Assembly (NCBI GenBank): GCA_963828525.1
Contig: CAWHEP010000002.1
Span: 32,001-96,000, forward strand
Origin: an uncultured Verrucomicrobiae bacterium
Lineage (GTDB): Bacteria; Verrucomicrobiota; Verrucomicrobiia; Chthoniobacterales; Chthoniobacteraceae
Direction of reading: 5' to 3'
DNA: 64,000 bases
Shown: positions 10,917-21,793 of the stretch, one piece after another
How the letters are laid out: each line of letters begins with the position of its first letter
How positions within the stretch are numbered: position 1 is the first letter of the stretch
Program-made: the position numbers and the translations under genes
Notes under the pieces: model-generated
The model's input: only the letters and a program-made list of their open reading frames with translations
The model's database searches: none
What the model was told of the DNA's origin: nothing

Positions 10917-11170
10917 AATCCCTAATACCTTTCTTTGTTCGCTAAATTATCTGTGCGGTTCCGCGAATTCATTTCGGAGCAGATGTTAGCACCACTATAA
11001 TTACGAGAACAGCGGGAAAGTTCTGATAGCCTTGTAGTCATTCTAGAACGTCTCTGTAGGTCTTAGTCCTACGCGACGCTCTTCTACTAGGAAAAGTTTA
11101 TCGGTCGAACGCCTGGGCTCCATCTCCGCCTTCTTTGCGCCCCGCTGCTTTTTCTGCTGTAAAGGAACAG

Positions 11171-12979
11171 ATGCGCCCCTCGATCTTCCGCCAGAGTGCC
11201 CTTGCGAAATGGCTGCCGGGGCTGCTCGGTGTGGCAGGAGTGTTCATCTTGATGGCGCGATGGAGTTGGCGGAAATGGGCCGACGTTCTCGTCGATTTTG
11301 GAGAACAACTCTATGCCCCGTGGCAGATCGGACAGGGCAAAGTTCTCTACAGGGACATCGGCTACGCGATTGGTCCCCTCTCCCAATATGGGAACGCCCT
11401 GCTGTTCAAGATTTTCGGGGTTTCCCTTTCGACCCTGATCGGAGCGAACCTCGCGCTGCTGGCCCTGTCGGTGGTGTTCATTTACTGGCTCTTGATTCGC
11501 TGCGCGGATCAGATCACCGCCACCGCCGCTTGCGCCGTCATCCTCTCGGTATTCGCCGTCTCGCAATACGTTGGGATCGGCAACTACAACTTCATATGTC
11601 CCTACAGCCACGAGGCGACACATGGTCTCATGCTCGCCATCCTGGATGTCTGGCTGCTCTGCCAGTGTGTTCGCTCGACAAGCCGGGGCTGGTTCGCGGC
11701 TGCCGGATTCTGTTGCGGATTGGTCTTCCTGACGAAACCGGAGATTTTCGTCGCGCTCCTTGCAGCAACGGCTGCAGCCTGCTTCTGCGGGCTATCTGAT
11801 CGCAGATCGACCGCGCCAGCAGCTCTGAGCGGGGCCGCCTGCTTCTGTCTGTGCGCCCTCATTCCGCCTGCCGCGTTCTTCGTTTATTTTGAAAATGTGC
11901 TTCACGGAAGCGCAGGGCTTGCGGCTGTGCTTGGCTCCTGGAATGTGGCGTCCGCCGCCCCGATGGTGAGGAGCAATTTCTATAAATGGTGCCTGGGACT
12001 GGACGAACCTCTCGCCAACGCCGGGCTCATGGTCTTTCATTTCGCCGGAGCCTCCTGCGTTATCCTTGCTTGCGCGCTTTGCTCAAAGCGCGGAGCAGGC
12101 GTCACCGCTTCGCGCCGCGTGACTTGTTGGTTGCTGCTGCTCGCGCTGGCAGGCGTCGCCGCTATGCTGGATTGGTCGGAATGCGGACGCTGCCTTCCGT
12201 TGATGATGGCATGCGTCTGCGTCTCCCTCGGCAGGAAATGGTGGCGCGATTCCGCCGCTCGTCCGGCGCTGCTGCTGCCGCTGGTGTGGTCGGTTTTCGC
12301 CCTGGCGCTTCTCGCGAAAATGGGAATCCATTGCCGCGTATGGCACTACGGATTTTGCCTCGCAATGCCCGCGGCGGTTTCGGTCATCTACTTCCTCACA
12401 TGGTTCCTGCCCCGCTCCATTGAGAAATACGGCGCGCGCCCGGGGGTCTTCCGCTTCTCCATTCTGCTTCTGGTTGCGATAGGCGCGTTCCGGCTTGTCC
12501 TTGTCTCGAACGAATTCTACCGTGTTAAAACATACGCCATCGGGCTCGGCGGAGACCGGATGATGAGCTTGCACCCGCGACTCAACGCGCGCGGTTGGGC
12601 TGTGAACCAGACCTTGCAATGGATCGACCGGAACACTGCCGCGTCTGCCACGCTATCCGTGATCCCGGAAGGGATCATGATCAACTATCTGTCGCGCAGG
12701 AGCAACCCGACCCCTTACACCACCCTCGTGCCAATGGCCTCGGGAAACTTTGATCAGGGGCGGGTGCTGAATTCTTTTTTAGAACAGCGCCCTGACTACA
12801 TCATCCTGTTCCACAAGGATACCTCCGAATGGGGGGAAAAGTTCTTCGGCCATTCGCCCGCCTACGGACTTTCGCTTATGCAATGGATCAACAAATCCTA
12901 CCGGGTTGCCTGGCAATTCGGCAGCGAGCCGCTTCAGGACGAGAAGTTTGGTATAAAAGCCATGAAGCGGACCGATTAA
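11171..12979 (+). CDS. Multi-pass membrane protein, GT-C (ArnT/PMT-like) glycosyltransferase
   Basis: DFGEQLY..GKVLYRDI..GPLS loop, many TMs, LTKPE, periplasmic C-terminal PDYI domain. Confidence 0.7.
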   Translation: MRPSIFRQSALAKWLPGLLGVAGVFILMARWSWRKWADVLVDFGEQLYAPWQIGQGKVLYRDIGYAIGPLSQYGNALLFKIFGVSLSTLIGANLALLALSVVFIYWLLIRCADQITATAACAVILSVFAVSQYVGIGNYNFICPYSHEATHGLMLAILDVWLLCQCVRSTSRGWFAAAGFCCGLVFLTKPEIFVALLAATAAACFCGLSDRRSTAPAALSGAACFCLCALIPPAAFFVYFENVLHGSAGLAAVLGSWNVASAAPMVRSNFYKWCLGLDEPLANAGLMVFHFAGASCVILACALCSKRGAGVTASRRVTCWLLLLALAGVAAMLDWSECGRCLPLMMACVCVSLGRKWWRDSAARPALLLPLVWSVFALALLAKMGIHCRVWHYGFCLAMPAAVSVIYFLTWFLPRSIEKYGARPGVFRFSILLLVAIGAFRLVLVSNEFYRVKTYAIGLGGDRMMSLHPRLNARGWAVNQTLQWIDRNTAASATLSVIPEGIMINYLSRRSNPTPYTTLVPMASGNFDQGRVLNSFLEQRPDYIILFHKDTSEWGEKFFGHSPAYGLSLMQWINKSYRVAWQFGSEPLQDEKFGIKAMKRTD

Positions 12980-12988
12980 GGTCCGCCT

Positions 12989-14203
12989 CTAGGCTCCAAC
13001 CGCGCGCGACGTTTCTTCGAGCCATCCGAAAAGACCGGAGGCATGGGCCCGGGTCAAAGCCGCCTCTCGAGAGAAGTGCTCGGTCAGGGTCGCGCGAGCT
13101 TGCATTCCCAGCCGCATGCGAGCCGCCGGATCACGGTAGAGATATTCCAAATGAGTGACAAACTCGGAAGCCGAAGCCGCCACAAGGCAGCTCGCGCCGT
13201 GCTGGAGAGTCGTGCCTTCGAAGCCTGGCTGCCATGTCACAATGGGCAGGCCGGCAGCCGCGAGTTCCATTGTTTTAATTTTAAGACCCGAGACCTGCAG
13301 GTCGAGGACGACCGCCGCGCTGGCGTCGCGGAATACCTCGGCCATCTGCGCTTCCGAAAGACCGTCCAGAACCTTCAAGATTGGCTCCGAAACCGGCAGG
13401 CTGCGCTTGAACTCCTCCGGCATGCGACCGGCGACAACCAGCCTCAAACCCGGGCATGTCCTCCGCAGGGGAGTGTAAACTTCTTCGATGAACAAACTCA
13501 GGCCGCGCCGCTTTTCCCACGTATCGAAGCTGCCGGTGGCAAGCAGATAGCTAAACTCTTGTGAGTAGGAGCGCGCGGCGGGAGGAAACTCGAAAAACAG
13601 CGGCGCCACCTCGATGGGTTTTGCCGACCATTGCGACAACCTTCCAGCGTCTTGTGGTGTAAGCGCGAGAGCGCGATCGCATCGCTTTAGCAACCGCTCC
13701 TGGAAGCCCAAATATTGCCCCCGCAGAGCCGTAAAGCGCGCTTTCTTAAAAAAGTCAGGCTCCATCTTAATAAGCGAGTCCGCGTACGCGACCATGTCAT
13801 CGTGCGCTATGTAAACCGTCCGCGCGCGCGATTTCGGAACAAGATCAATCAACCAACTGGAATAGATGTGATCGAAGATCACCACCTCGGGCTCGGTATC
13901 GGCCAGCAAGCGCGAAAACCGCTCCCGCACCAGTCTGCGATGGAACTGGCGGTTGGCGAACGATTCGGGCGCAAAATCGAGAAAGACCTTCAGAACTCTG
14001 CGTGAAGAAGCGACCTTGCCCGCCAACACTGTTGCTCCGTTCACCTGCATCGGGTAATCGCCGGTTTGTTCAGACTGGAGACAGCAAACCGCGACGTCGA
14101 GCGCTTCCGAAAACAACGCGATCAGGTTTCTGGAAACGGCCGCGGTGCCGCCAAACATCCCCCATGGCGCGAACGGGGTTACGAAAAGGATCCTGCTTCC
14201 CAT
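12989..14203 (-). CDS. Glycosyltransferase family 4
   Basis: RILFVTPFAP start; GLKIKTMELAAAGLPIVT. Confidence 0.85.
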   Translation of the reverse strand: MGSRILFVTPFAPWGMFGGTAAVSRNLIALFSEALDVAVCCLQSEQTGDYPMQVNGATVLAGKVASSRRVLKVFLDFAPESFANRQFHRRLVRERFSRLLADTEPEVVIFDHIYSSWLIDLVPKSRARTVYIAHDDMVAYADSLIKMEPDFFKKARFTALRGQYLGFQERLLKRCDRALALTPQDAGRLSQWSAKPIEVAPLFFEFPPAARSYSQEFSYLLATGSFDTWEKRRGLSLFIEEVYTPLRRTCPGLRLVVAGRMPEEFKRSLPVSEPILKVLDGLSEAQMAEVFRDASAAVVLDLQVSGLKIKTMELAAAGLPIVTWQPGFEGTTLQHGASCLVAASASEFVTHLEYLYRDPAARMRLGMQARATLTEHFSREAALTRAHASGLFGWLEETSRAVGA

Positions 14204-14207
14204 GTGC

Positions 14208-15713
14208 CTAGCGACCGGCGCGGCGCGGGGGTTGAGTGATGAGGCGCGGAGGAGGCATGGGCCGGTTGGACAAACCTTCCGCCCTACGCTGGCGGGCCTT
14301 TTGCAGGATCAGGTAGCCGGCGATAACGCTCACAATGGTTGGCAAGAGGGCCGTTGTGAATACGAGCAAGCTCCGCATCGAGATCACGGCGGCAAAGAAA
14401 CCCGACGCGTAGCTGAGGATGCCAAACTCGGAATTGCGCGGAGAAGCGAGATGCCCCCACCAGCCTGTGATTACGCCAAAAAAGAGGCCGGCTGCAAATA
14501 CTCCAATCATCCCGCCCGCCATATAAGCCTCGCCCACAAAACTGGCAGCCAAGGTAAACCCTTCCACTCCCACCGCGTCCTCTATGGAGAGAGACATGCC
14601 TTCAGGTTTTCCCGCCCAAAGCGCGCGGGGGATGGGACGAATAAGCGCGAGATAAGGTATTTCCCAGCCCAGGTAAGCGTGGCGCTTTGGAAAAACCTCC
14701 ACCAACTGGCAGATGGTATAAAGATTGTAATCGATGAAAACGCCCGGCTGATCGTCGGGCGAATACTCCTCGGGCTGGTAATTGCCCTCCACGTAATTCT
14801 CCAGCCCGACCTGGCGAAACCGGAGCATGTACACCGAGGCGAAGAAGAACACGACAGCGCACGTCACGGCTACAAATACCAGCTCCTTCTTCGCCCGCGC
14901 GCGCATCGAGAATGCGTAGCCAATCAGGAAAGTGACAATGTACGACGCCAGCAAGTTTCGCGTGCCGGTCGCAAACCCATAGAAAAATACGAAGAGCAAA
15001 CCCGCGGCGACCATGAAAACCTGGAAGCTGTTGTACTCGCGGCGGCGCGCGAGGATAATCCCCGCCAGAGGCGGAGCGAGAAAGACCACCATTTCAATCT
15101 CGTGAAGCAATGCCTTCCAATCGCCAAGGCGCGGCCTTCCCCATGGCTGTGTGAAGCGCGGCGCCAGTAGGTATTTGAAAAACAGCGCCGGGCTGAAATC
15201 CACTGAAAGAAACATGTAGAGAAAACCCAGGATAATGGATCCCCAAAACAGGCATACGATGAGTGTTTTGGGCACCGGGCGGGTGAACAGATCCGAGAGC
15301 GGATGCTTCCGCAGATTTGGGAGATGCCTGCCGATTCCAAGACCGGCGAACCCGATCAAACAAGCAATCAATGCCGTCTTCTCAGACGCCATCATCCCGG
15401 ACGCCAGATCGTCAAAGATGGGCTGATGAAAGAAAAATTCGAAAAGGGTCAGAAAGAACAGAGCAAGCATCGCCATCAGATCCGGACGCACCAGGTTGCG
15501 AAACCCGAGGCGCAGGTCATCCATGATGCTCAGCGCGATACTGATGGATACGCCGTAGGATACATAAGCGGCCATGGCCGAGGGCGTCTTCCCGTGCAAG
15601 GTGAGGCCAGTGACGCAGAGCCCGACGAGGAAGAGAGCCGTGCCCATGACCTGGGGGCGCGGAGCCGTTCCGACTTCCGGAGTCGCTTTATTCACCGCTT
15701 CTTTTGTTCTCAT
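14208..15713 (-). CDS. Wzy-like oligosaccharide repeat-unit polymerase
   Basis: ~11 TMs, TGTRN, PIPRALWAGKP, GEAYMAGG. Confidence 0.72.
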   Translation of the reverse strand: MRTKEAVNKATPEVGTAPRPQVMGTALFLVGLCVTGLTLHGKTPSAMAAYVSYGVSISIALSIMDDLRLGFRNLVRPDLMAMLALFFLTLFEFFFHQPIFDDLASGMMASEKTALIACLIGFAGLGIGRHLPNLRKHPLSDLFTRPVPKTLIVCLFWGSIILGFLYMFLSVDFSPALFFKYLLAPRFTQPWGRPRLGDWKALLHEIEMVVFLAPPLAGIILARRREYNSFQVFMVAAGLLFVFFYGFATGTRNLLASYIVTFLIGYAFSMRARAKKELVFVAVTCAVVFFFASVYMLRFRQVGLENYVEGNYQPEEYSPDDQPGVFIDYNLYTICQLVEVFPKRHAYLGWEIPYLALIRPIPRALWAGKPEGMSLSIEDAVGVEGFTLAASFVGEAYMAGGMIGVFAAGLFFGVITGWWGHLASPRNSEFGILSYASGFFAAVISMRSLLVFTTALLPTIVSVIAGYLILQKARQRRAEGLSNRPMPPPRLITQPPRRAGR

Positions 15714-16834
15714 CGTACACTCTCGCTGCAAGCCGCCAGGCGCGCCGCGGAATCGCTCCAAAGGTATTTTCCCTCGCAACGACTCGCATTGGCTTCCCAC
15801 CAGTTCAGCTCCCGCAGGAGAGATTCGGCATTAGCCGTAGCAAAAATGGAGCCATTGACGCGATGCTTTATCAGGTCGGACGCGCCGACACGATCACTCA
15901 CAATGCAAGGAGTGCCACAGTTTAGCGCCTGAGGAACGACGAGACCAAAGCCTTCCTCCAATGAAGGAAGCACAAGGACTGACGCGGATTGGAAGGCCTC
16001 CGCCAGGACGGTTTGGGACACCGACTCGTGGAAATTCAGGACGCAGTCTACTTTGCAACTCTCGAGATCAAACTTCGCTTCCGCCAAAAGGGCCCCGTAA
16101 AAATCCACCCGCCAGTCACGACGTCCGGACAAGCGCAAGGCCTGCAAAAGAGTCAGCAGCCCTTTCCTCAAACCCACCTGCCCGGCGAAGACAATGCGGA
16201 ATTTCGACGACGGCGGCAGCGTGGCAGGATGGAAAATGGCGGTGTCGGCTCCGTAGGGCACCTGCCAAATCTTTTCAGGAGCGACTCCCAGGCTTTCGAG
16301 TTGCTCGCGAACGATCCGGGATGCGACGCAATGGAAGTCGGCCAGGCGATACTCTTCTTCCTCTCGACGGAAGTAGTCCGCGTCGTAGGGACAAAGATCG
16401 GTCAGCTTCAGGCCGACTCTGCGATATTCAGGCTCCATGACACGCACCCACTCACGAACCGGACCTGTCGCGTGGTTCAGCACTGTCCGAACTCCCACTG
16501 CCCGCGCCTTCCGGAACGATTGAAGGCATTGGCCCGGCATCCCATGCAGGAAATCGCAGGGCTCCAGTTTAGCGCCCACCCAGCGATCAAATCCGGCGTC
16601 CTGCCAGAGAAAGAGTGATCGCGAATGACCTCTCGCCCAACCGGGAAACAGCTTTAAGAGTCCGTAAACGATATTCGTCCTCCAGCTATTTGAACGAACA
16701 GGAATCTCATTGGAACGCGGCAACTTCCAATGTGGATAGCCTGAATAATAAGCCCCGAGGTTGTGCTGGGCGCCCAGTTCGAGCGCCATCGGGTAAAGAT
16801 GGCAAGGGTTTGTGGCAGCAATGGAAATTTTCAT
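15710..16834 (-). CDS. Glycosyltransferase family 4
   Basis: FAGQVGLRKG, PSLEEGFGLVVPQALNCGTP. Confidence 0.9.
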   Translation of the reverse strand: MKISIAATNPCHLYPMALELGAQHNLGAYYSGYPHWKLPRSNEIPVRSNSWRTNIVYGLLKLFPGWARGHSRSLFLWQDAGFDRWVGAKLEPCDFLHGMPGQCLQSFRKARAVGVRTVLNHATGPVREWVRVMEPEYRRVGLKLTDLCPYDADYFRREEEEYRLADFHCVASRIVREQLESLGVAPEKIWQVPYGADTAIFHPATLPPSSKFRIVFAGQVGLRKGLLTLLQALRLSGRRDWRVDFYGALLAEAKFDLESCKVDCVLNFHESVSQTVLAEAFQSASVLVLPSLEEGFGLVVPQALNCGTPCIVSDRVGASDLIKHRVNGSIFATANAESLLRELNWWEANASRCEGKYLWSDSAARLAACSESVR

Positions 16835-17760
16835 GAAACCTCCCCCCGCCCTGGGACGAATCGGCCGCCCCACTCTTGTTCCGACCTGATAGGCTGCCGC
16901 AAAAGCTTCATCCACGATTTATAGATCGGCCAGGGGATCGCCTCTCTTGATTGCACCGCCTCGCGCATTCCGCCGAGACACGACATCCACCATTGCGGCT
17001 CGCGGAGCGCCCAGACCGGTCCGCGGCTGCAAGCGTACCCGAACTGCCGGATCAACCGAAAAAAGGCTACCGCAAAAATTTGCGGAAATGGGCAGCGCAT
17101 AAGGACACTCCAAAGTTCGTTCCGCGCATGGAAATGATGCGTCCTTATTTCATTGCGTTGCATCCCCGTATAATGATGCCGGACACTTAAGCTCGTCTCC
17201 AACTTGACCTGATAGCCGGCCGCAAGAACACGCAAGGCGAAGTCGGGCTCCTCATACGCATGCCGGAACCTTACAGGGTATCCTCCGACCTCCATAAACA
17301 CAGCCCGCCGAATCGCCGCGCCGGAGCTGGTGTAGCTGCCCGTGAAAAAAGGCGGGCCCCATTCGCGTTGCTCGAGAGTTTCAGGGAACTCGTCGCTGCG
17401 TTGCGGGAACGTTGCCACGCCAAGCCGGGGATTCGCGGCGAAAAGCGCCGGCAAACGCTCGAAAAAATCAGGCTCCACAGGGTAGCTGTCATCATCAAGG
17501 CTCAGCACGACATCGCACTCGCACTCGCGAAGCATCCGATCCCGGCATGGGATGGAACCCCGTGAAACTTCGTTTATAAATAGACGATAGTCGGGATGGA
17601 CTTGCCTCAAAAATGGGACGGTGTCATCCGAGCATCCGTCCGCAAAGATGAGAACCTCCGCGGGCGCCGGACGCAGAGCCTTAAGGACGCCACATGTCCG
17701 CGCCAGATCCTGCTTGCGGTTGTGAGTGGCGATGACTACGCCGCACGTCGGGGAACTCAA
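16831..17760 (-). CDS. Glycosyltransferase family 2
   Basis: VIATHNR, DGCSD, LDDD, EEPDF. Confidence 0.9.
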   Translation of the reverse strand: MSSPTCGVVIATHNRKQDLARTCGVLKALRPAPAEVLIFADGCSDDTVPFLRQVHPDYRLFINEVSRGSIPCRDRMLRECECDVVLSLDDDSYPVEPDFFERLPALFAANPRLGVATFPQRSDEFPETLEQREWGPPFFTGSYTSSGAAIRRAVFMEVGGYPVRFRHAYEEPDFALRVLAAGYQVKLETSLSVRHHYTGMQRNEIRTHHFHARNELWSVLMRCPFPQIFAVAFFRLIRQFGYACSRGPVWALREPQWWMSCLGGMREAVQSREAIPWPIYKSWMKLLRQPIRSEQEWGGRFVPGRGEVS

Positions 17761-18605
17761 GGCCAGATGCCCGTGCCGTGGAGCAGGCGCTTTAGGATCC
17801 TCTGTCCGGGCGATTCCAGGAACGAAGGAAGCCTGCTCTCGTCGATTTCGTAGCGACCATCGCCTTCATCCAAAGAAAGCCCTTCGGAACGCAAAGCCTC
17901 GCGCCAGGCGGTAACATCAATGTGCGGGAAATCAGGGGTGCCCTGCTGGATGGCGCGATGCCTGGTGTCCAGCCGCAGCTGAATTTGAGCGGGAGACCTG
18001 TATTGGAAATGCTTCACGCGGATCCGTTCCGGGAAGACGAGCCCGAGGTGCCGAGGCCACGCCCCTTGCGCCCACTCGAGACGCTGGCGGTGCCGGAAGA
18101 ACCGGGTTTCAGAGGCATTGGCGGCATAGGAGCGAGGCAGGCTTGAGGCGTCCACCGCCGAAGGCTTTTCCTGGGCGCTGGAGAGCTGATCCACGTCAGA
18201 TGGAGTAAGGTAGAACTGGAGGTGAACCGCCCAGACCACATGATACGCGCGCGGCACGCGGGCCAGGAAAAGCCGGGGATCATCCGCATAGACTTCATCG
18301 CCATCGAGGCGGCACCACCAGTCTCCGTCCACAGCCCGGCTTTTGTAATGGTTGTAAACTTCAGCCCGGAGGTTGTTATCGAAAGGACGCCCGTCCTGCT
18401 TGAACGGCACGATATTGCCAACTGTAGCCGCGAGCCTTTTCACGACATCCCACGTTTCGTCCGCGCTGCCATTGTCGAACACGTAGATATTGTCACACCA
18501 GCGAGCCGCCTCCGTAAGCGTGTACTCGATGATGTCAGCCTCGTTCTTCACCAGACATATTCCGTGAAGTTTCATGCGATCAAAACCAGGTGCCGACCAT
18601 TTCAT
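17757..18605 (-). CDS. Glycosyltransferase family 2-like
   Basis: VKNEADII, DNGSADET, LDGDE, HFQYRS. Confidence 0.85.
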   Translation of the reverse strand: MKWSAPGFDRMKLHGICLVKNEADIIEYTLTEAARWCDNIYVFDNGSADETWDVVKRLAATVGNIVPFKQDGRPFDNNLRAEVYNHYKSRAVDGDWWCRLDGDEVYADDPRLFLARVPRAYHVVWAVHLQFYLTPSDVDQLSSAQEKPSAVDASSLPRSYAANASETRFFRHRQRLEWAQGAWPRHLGLVFPERIRVKHFQYRSPAQIQLRLDTRHRAIQQGTPDFPHIDVTAWREALRSEGLSLDEGDGRYEIDESRLPSFLESPGQRILKRLLHGTGIWP

Positions 18606-19467
18606 CCAACCAGCCTTGCTGCCGGGCGCGAACGATGTAAACGGTCGCGAAGAGGCGATGGAAAAACAGCCGCGTAGCGAGGCTGGGATTTCTCAAATTC
18701 AAGACATCTCTCGCTACAAGGCGCTGGTTACGGACGCGCATCCTTGCAAGGCGGCGTCCATTCCGCCCGGAGGATCCGCCGGCGTCCCGGTGCTGACAAA
18801 GCGCCTTTGAATGGAAGTAAAGTTTGTGAGAACGAGCGATGCGGCTGGAGAGGTGAACATCCTCCATGAAGCTGTAACCCTCGAAGTTGGGAAACATCTC
18901 GTTCAGGAAACAAGGAGTCCTGTAGAACACACAAGCCGAGTTGAGCCAATCCGCCGGGATGATTTCCCCTTCTTCGCTGTAAGTAGGAAAGCAGTTGATC
19001 GCGGGACCGAAGAGCCGCCCGCCGTAGGTGGGATGAGCAAACCCGGCCTGGAGGCGGTAATACCACCATAACAGCCCTTTTGGCGAAGGATGACTTACAC
19101 CTTCAATGCGCGCCGAGACGCCGCCGACCTTTCCAGACTCATCCTCCTCGAAAACCTTGCAGATCCTTTCGCAGGCGTCTGGATAGAGGGTAATGTCGTC
19201 ATCCATGAACGCTGTCAGAGGAGAAGTTACCCTGAGCGCGCCGTAATTTCGCTGCATCGCCGCGCTCGGTTCAACGCCGCGCTCATATTGGAGCGGCAGC
19301 CTGTCGGTGTATCCAAGCACGGCGTCGCGAGTGCTGGAGTCCGTGGATGTATCCACGACGATTACCCGTTCCGGCAGGCGGGTTCCAGACGCGATGCCAT
19401 CCAGCGTCTCGAGCAGATGGGCTGGACGTCCGCGGGTGGCAATGACGAAGCTGAAGCCAAGGCTCAT
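18580..19467 (-). CDS. Glycosyltransferase family 2
   Basis: VIATRGR, VVD, FMDDD, MEDVHLS. Confidence 0.88.
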   Translation of the reverse strand: MSLGFSFVIATRGRPAHLLETLDGIASGTRLPERVIVVDTSTDSSTRDAVLGYTDRLPLQYERGVEPSAAMQRNYGALRVTSPLTAFMDDDITLYPDACERICKVFEEDESGKVGGVSARIEGVSHPSPKGLLWWYYRLQAGFAHPTYGGRLFGPAINCFPTYSEEGEIIPADWLNSACVFYRTPCFLNEMFPNFEGYSFMEDVHLSSRIARSHKLYFHSKALCQHRDAGGSSGRNGRRLARMRVRNQRLVARDVLNLRNPSLATRLFFHRLFATVYIVRARQQGWLDEMVGTWF

Positions 19468-20384
19468 CTTTTAAGTGAGCGCGCGAGCTTCTCCGCGCCG
19501 CCAAATCCAAGCGCCCAATAGGCGAGTCGATAGGTGATCGGAGCGGCAGGCCCTTCCAGTTGAATGAGGTTCTGACGCTTCCTGCCCTCGTGATAGGCGC
19601 GAGCCTCTGAAAGGTCGTATTTCGCCCAGGTGCGCGCCATCTCAAAACAGGCGCGAGCGGCAGTGGCGTTGTGCTCGTCCTTCCAAAGCTTCCTCTCCTT
19701 CATCCATTCGCGGAGTTTGTCGATGAGATCGGTGCGAACCCGGATCACTCGTCGCGGATCACGCCTGCAGAGCGTGTTCTCAGACCAGATGCGATAAACG
19801 GCGTTGGCAGTCGGGGCCCGGTGAAAGCGGACTCCGGCCATGAGGGCGCGCATATAAAGCTCGTGCTCCTGGCAGCAGGGCATCGATTCGTTCCATCCGC
19901 CGATGGACTCGATAACCCCTCTGCGCCAAAGGCAGCCGCCCGTCTGAGGCAGGAGCCATGAAATCCACTGAGAAAAGATATCAAGCTGCTCATCAAACCT
20001 GTCGGTCTCGCGCCGCGATCCCTGTTCGTTAATGACGGGACTGTGGATCACATCGCACTGGCCGTTCCCCGGGTTTTCCTCGAATTGCCGGGCAAGTTTC
20101 TCCGGAAGGAGGTAATCGTCGGCATCCAAGAACTGAATCCAATCGCCCGATGCCCTGCGGAGGATCTCATTGCGGGCGAAATTAGCGCCACGGTGAGCTG
20201 TCCGAAACAGTTTCACAGATTCTCCAAAGCTCTCCACGACCTGCCGGGAATTATCGGACGACCCGTCGTCGATGACGAGGACCTCGCGGTTCGGCCATGT
20301 TTGGGCGAGCGCGCTTCCCACCGCCTGCCCGATCCATTGCTCACTATCGAAGCACGGAATGCCTATTGTAACTAGCGGCGTCAT
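19464..20384 (-). CDS. Glycosyltransferase family 2
   Basis: VTIGIPCF, DDGSSD, FLDADD. Confidence 0.9.
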   Translation of the reverse strand: MTPLVTIGIPCFDSEQWIGQAVGSALAQTWPNREVLVIDDGSSDNSRQVVESFGESVKLFRTAHRGANFARNEILRRASGDWIQFLDADDYLLPEKLARQFEENPGNGQCDVIHSPVINEQGSRRETDRFDEQLDIFSQWISWLLPQTGGCLWRRGVIESIGGWNESMPCCQEHELYMRALMAGVRFHRAPTANAVYRIWSENTLCRRDPRRVIRVRTDLIDKLREWMKERKLWKDEHNATAARACFEMARTWAKYDLSEARAYHEGRKRQNLIQLEGPAAPITYRLAYWALGFGGAEKLARSLKR

Positions 20385-20386
20385 GT

Positions 20387-21793
20387 TCACTGGAACGTGT
20401 TCCAACGCAATTTGCGTGCTCGCCACTGTGCCAAAAATTCGGCCCGGAGAGCCTCGCTGTCAGAGACAGGGAGGACGAAAAATAATTCGTTGGGCCTCAC
20501 CGCGCGTCGAAAATAGCTGGTGGGATGACGGGACATGCCGTTTAGCTTCCAGTAGATCTCCGCCACAAATGACCGAAAGATCTCGGGCCACGAATGATCC
20601 CGCAGCCTCGGCAGCGCTCGCAGATCGTGCATCGCCTCGAGCGCGATCAGCTTAAGTTGGCGATCCTGTTCTCCCAGCGCCACTGAGAGAATGCCTTTAA
20701 ACGGAAGCGGCCCTTCCGAGCGCGGTGGCAAAGTCGCCAGCGAGTCATTGCCGCCGAAAGGGTAGAGACTTGTCCCGGGCGGATGCACCGTGTGCAGCAG
20801 AAGAACGCCTTCGGTCAATCCGCACTCCTTGATGGCTTCGCAAACCGCCACTACCGAGAAGGCATGATCTGGGTGATCATCGAGAAGCGGGTGCGGCATG
20901 ACGATAACCTGGGGCTGCGCCTGTTTGATAATCGTCACGAGATCGAGAACCAGCGCCCGCCATGGAAGCTTGCGGCTCATCGCCGTGAACGCTGGAAGGG
21001 CGCTTGAGGCATTGCAGCTTCGGCAGGCCTCGACCACGCCGGGATGCAGCGCCCGCTCCGGCTCGTTGAACATAGTCTCGAGACCACCATCCGGATAACC
21101 CAGGTTCACTGCCCGCTCGGGAGGAACGCCCCCCAGAAAGGGCACGGTGATGCTATCCCAGGCGCGCAGCTTCCCGATCAACTCGGGATCAGCCTCGTAA
21201 TTTTGGAGAAACCCCCCACCCTTCTCGCCCGCCAGCAGGGTCACAATGAATGAAAGCGCCTTGCGATAAAAACCGAATGCCGCAATCTCAGCGTCATCGG
21301 GATGCGGCGCGATCACGAGTGTTCGTGGCTGGGCCGGAAGCTTGTTGTCAAAGGTGATAAGGCGTCCCGCGCGTTTCCATGTGACATGCCGACCTTCCAC
21401 CTCCACCCTCGTTCCCGGAACGGGATTCATCTCTCGCAGTCCCGAAATATCAAGGTAGCGAAGGCCCTCTGCTCCTCGTTCGAAAGAAGACTTCAGGCAG
21501 CAGCCCTTCGTAGTGACCTTGATGGCAGGATCGAAGTGGCGACCGAGGAACGACGTCCGCACTGACAGTTGCAGGATGGCCGTGTCCCACTGGCCAACGC
21601 CTTCCGGCCAGGTGAAATCCGCCGCGAAGACTTCTACTTCATGGATCGCGCCACCCTGGTTACCGAAGTCATATTCATAGCCAAGCGCGCGGTTGTAGCA
21701 AAAATATCCGCCGTATCGCCTCACCCGAAGGCGGAGCAGAGCGGCTATCAGCGCAGCGATGATAAGCAGGACGGCAACCAGCGAGGTGATCAA
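20387..21793 (-). CDS. PIG-L family deacetylase with N-terminal membrane anchor
   Basis: IAPHPDDAEI, LGYPDG, DDHPDH; start uncertain (TTG overlapping the upstream stop). Confidence 0.85.
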   Translation of the reverse strand: MITSLVAVLLIIAALIAALLRLRVRRYGGYFCYNRALGYEYDFGNQGGAIHEVEVFAADFTWPEGVGQWDTAILQLSVRTSFLGRHFDPAIKVTTKGCCLKSSFERGAEGLRYLDISGLREMNPVPGTRVEVEGRHVTWKRAGRLITFDNKLPAQPRTLVIAPHPDDAEIAAFGFYRKALSFIVTLLAGEKGGGFLQNYEADPELIGKLRAWDSITVPFLGGVPPERAVNLGYPDGGLETMFNEPERALHPGVVEACRSCNASSALPAFTAMSRKLPWRALVLDLVTIIKQAQPQVIVMPHPLLDDHPDHAFSVVAVCEAIKECGLTEGVLLLHTVHPPGTSLYPFGGNDSLATLPPRSEGPLPFKGILSVALGEQDRQLKLIALEAMHDLRALPRLRDHSWPEIFRSFVAEIYWKLNGMSRHPTSYFRRAVRPNELFFVLPVSDSEALRAEFLAQWRARKLRWNTFQ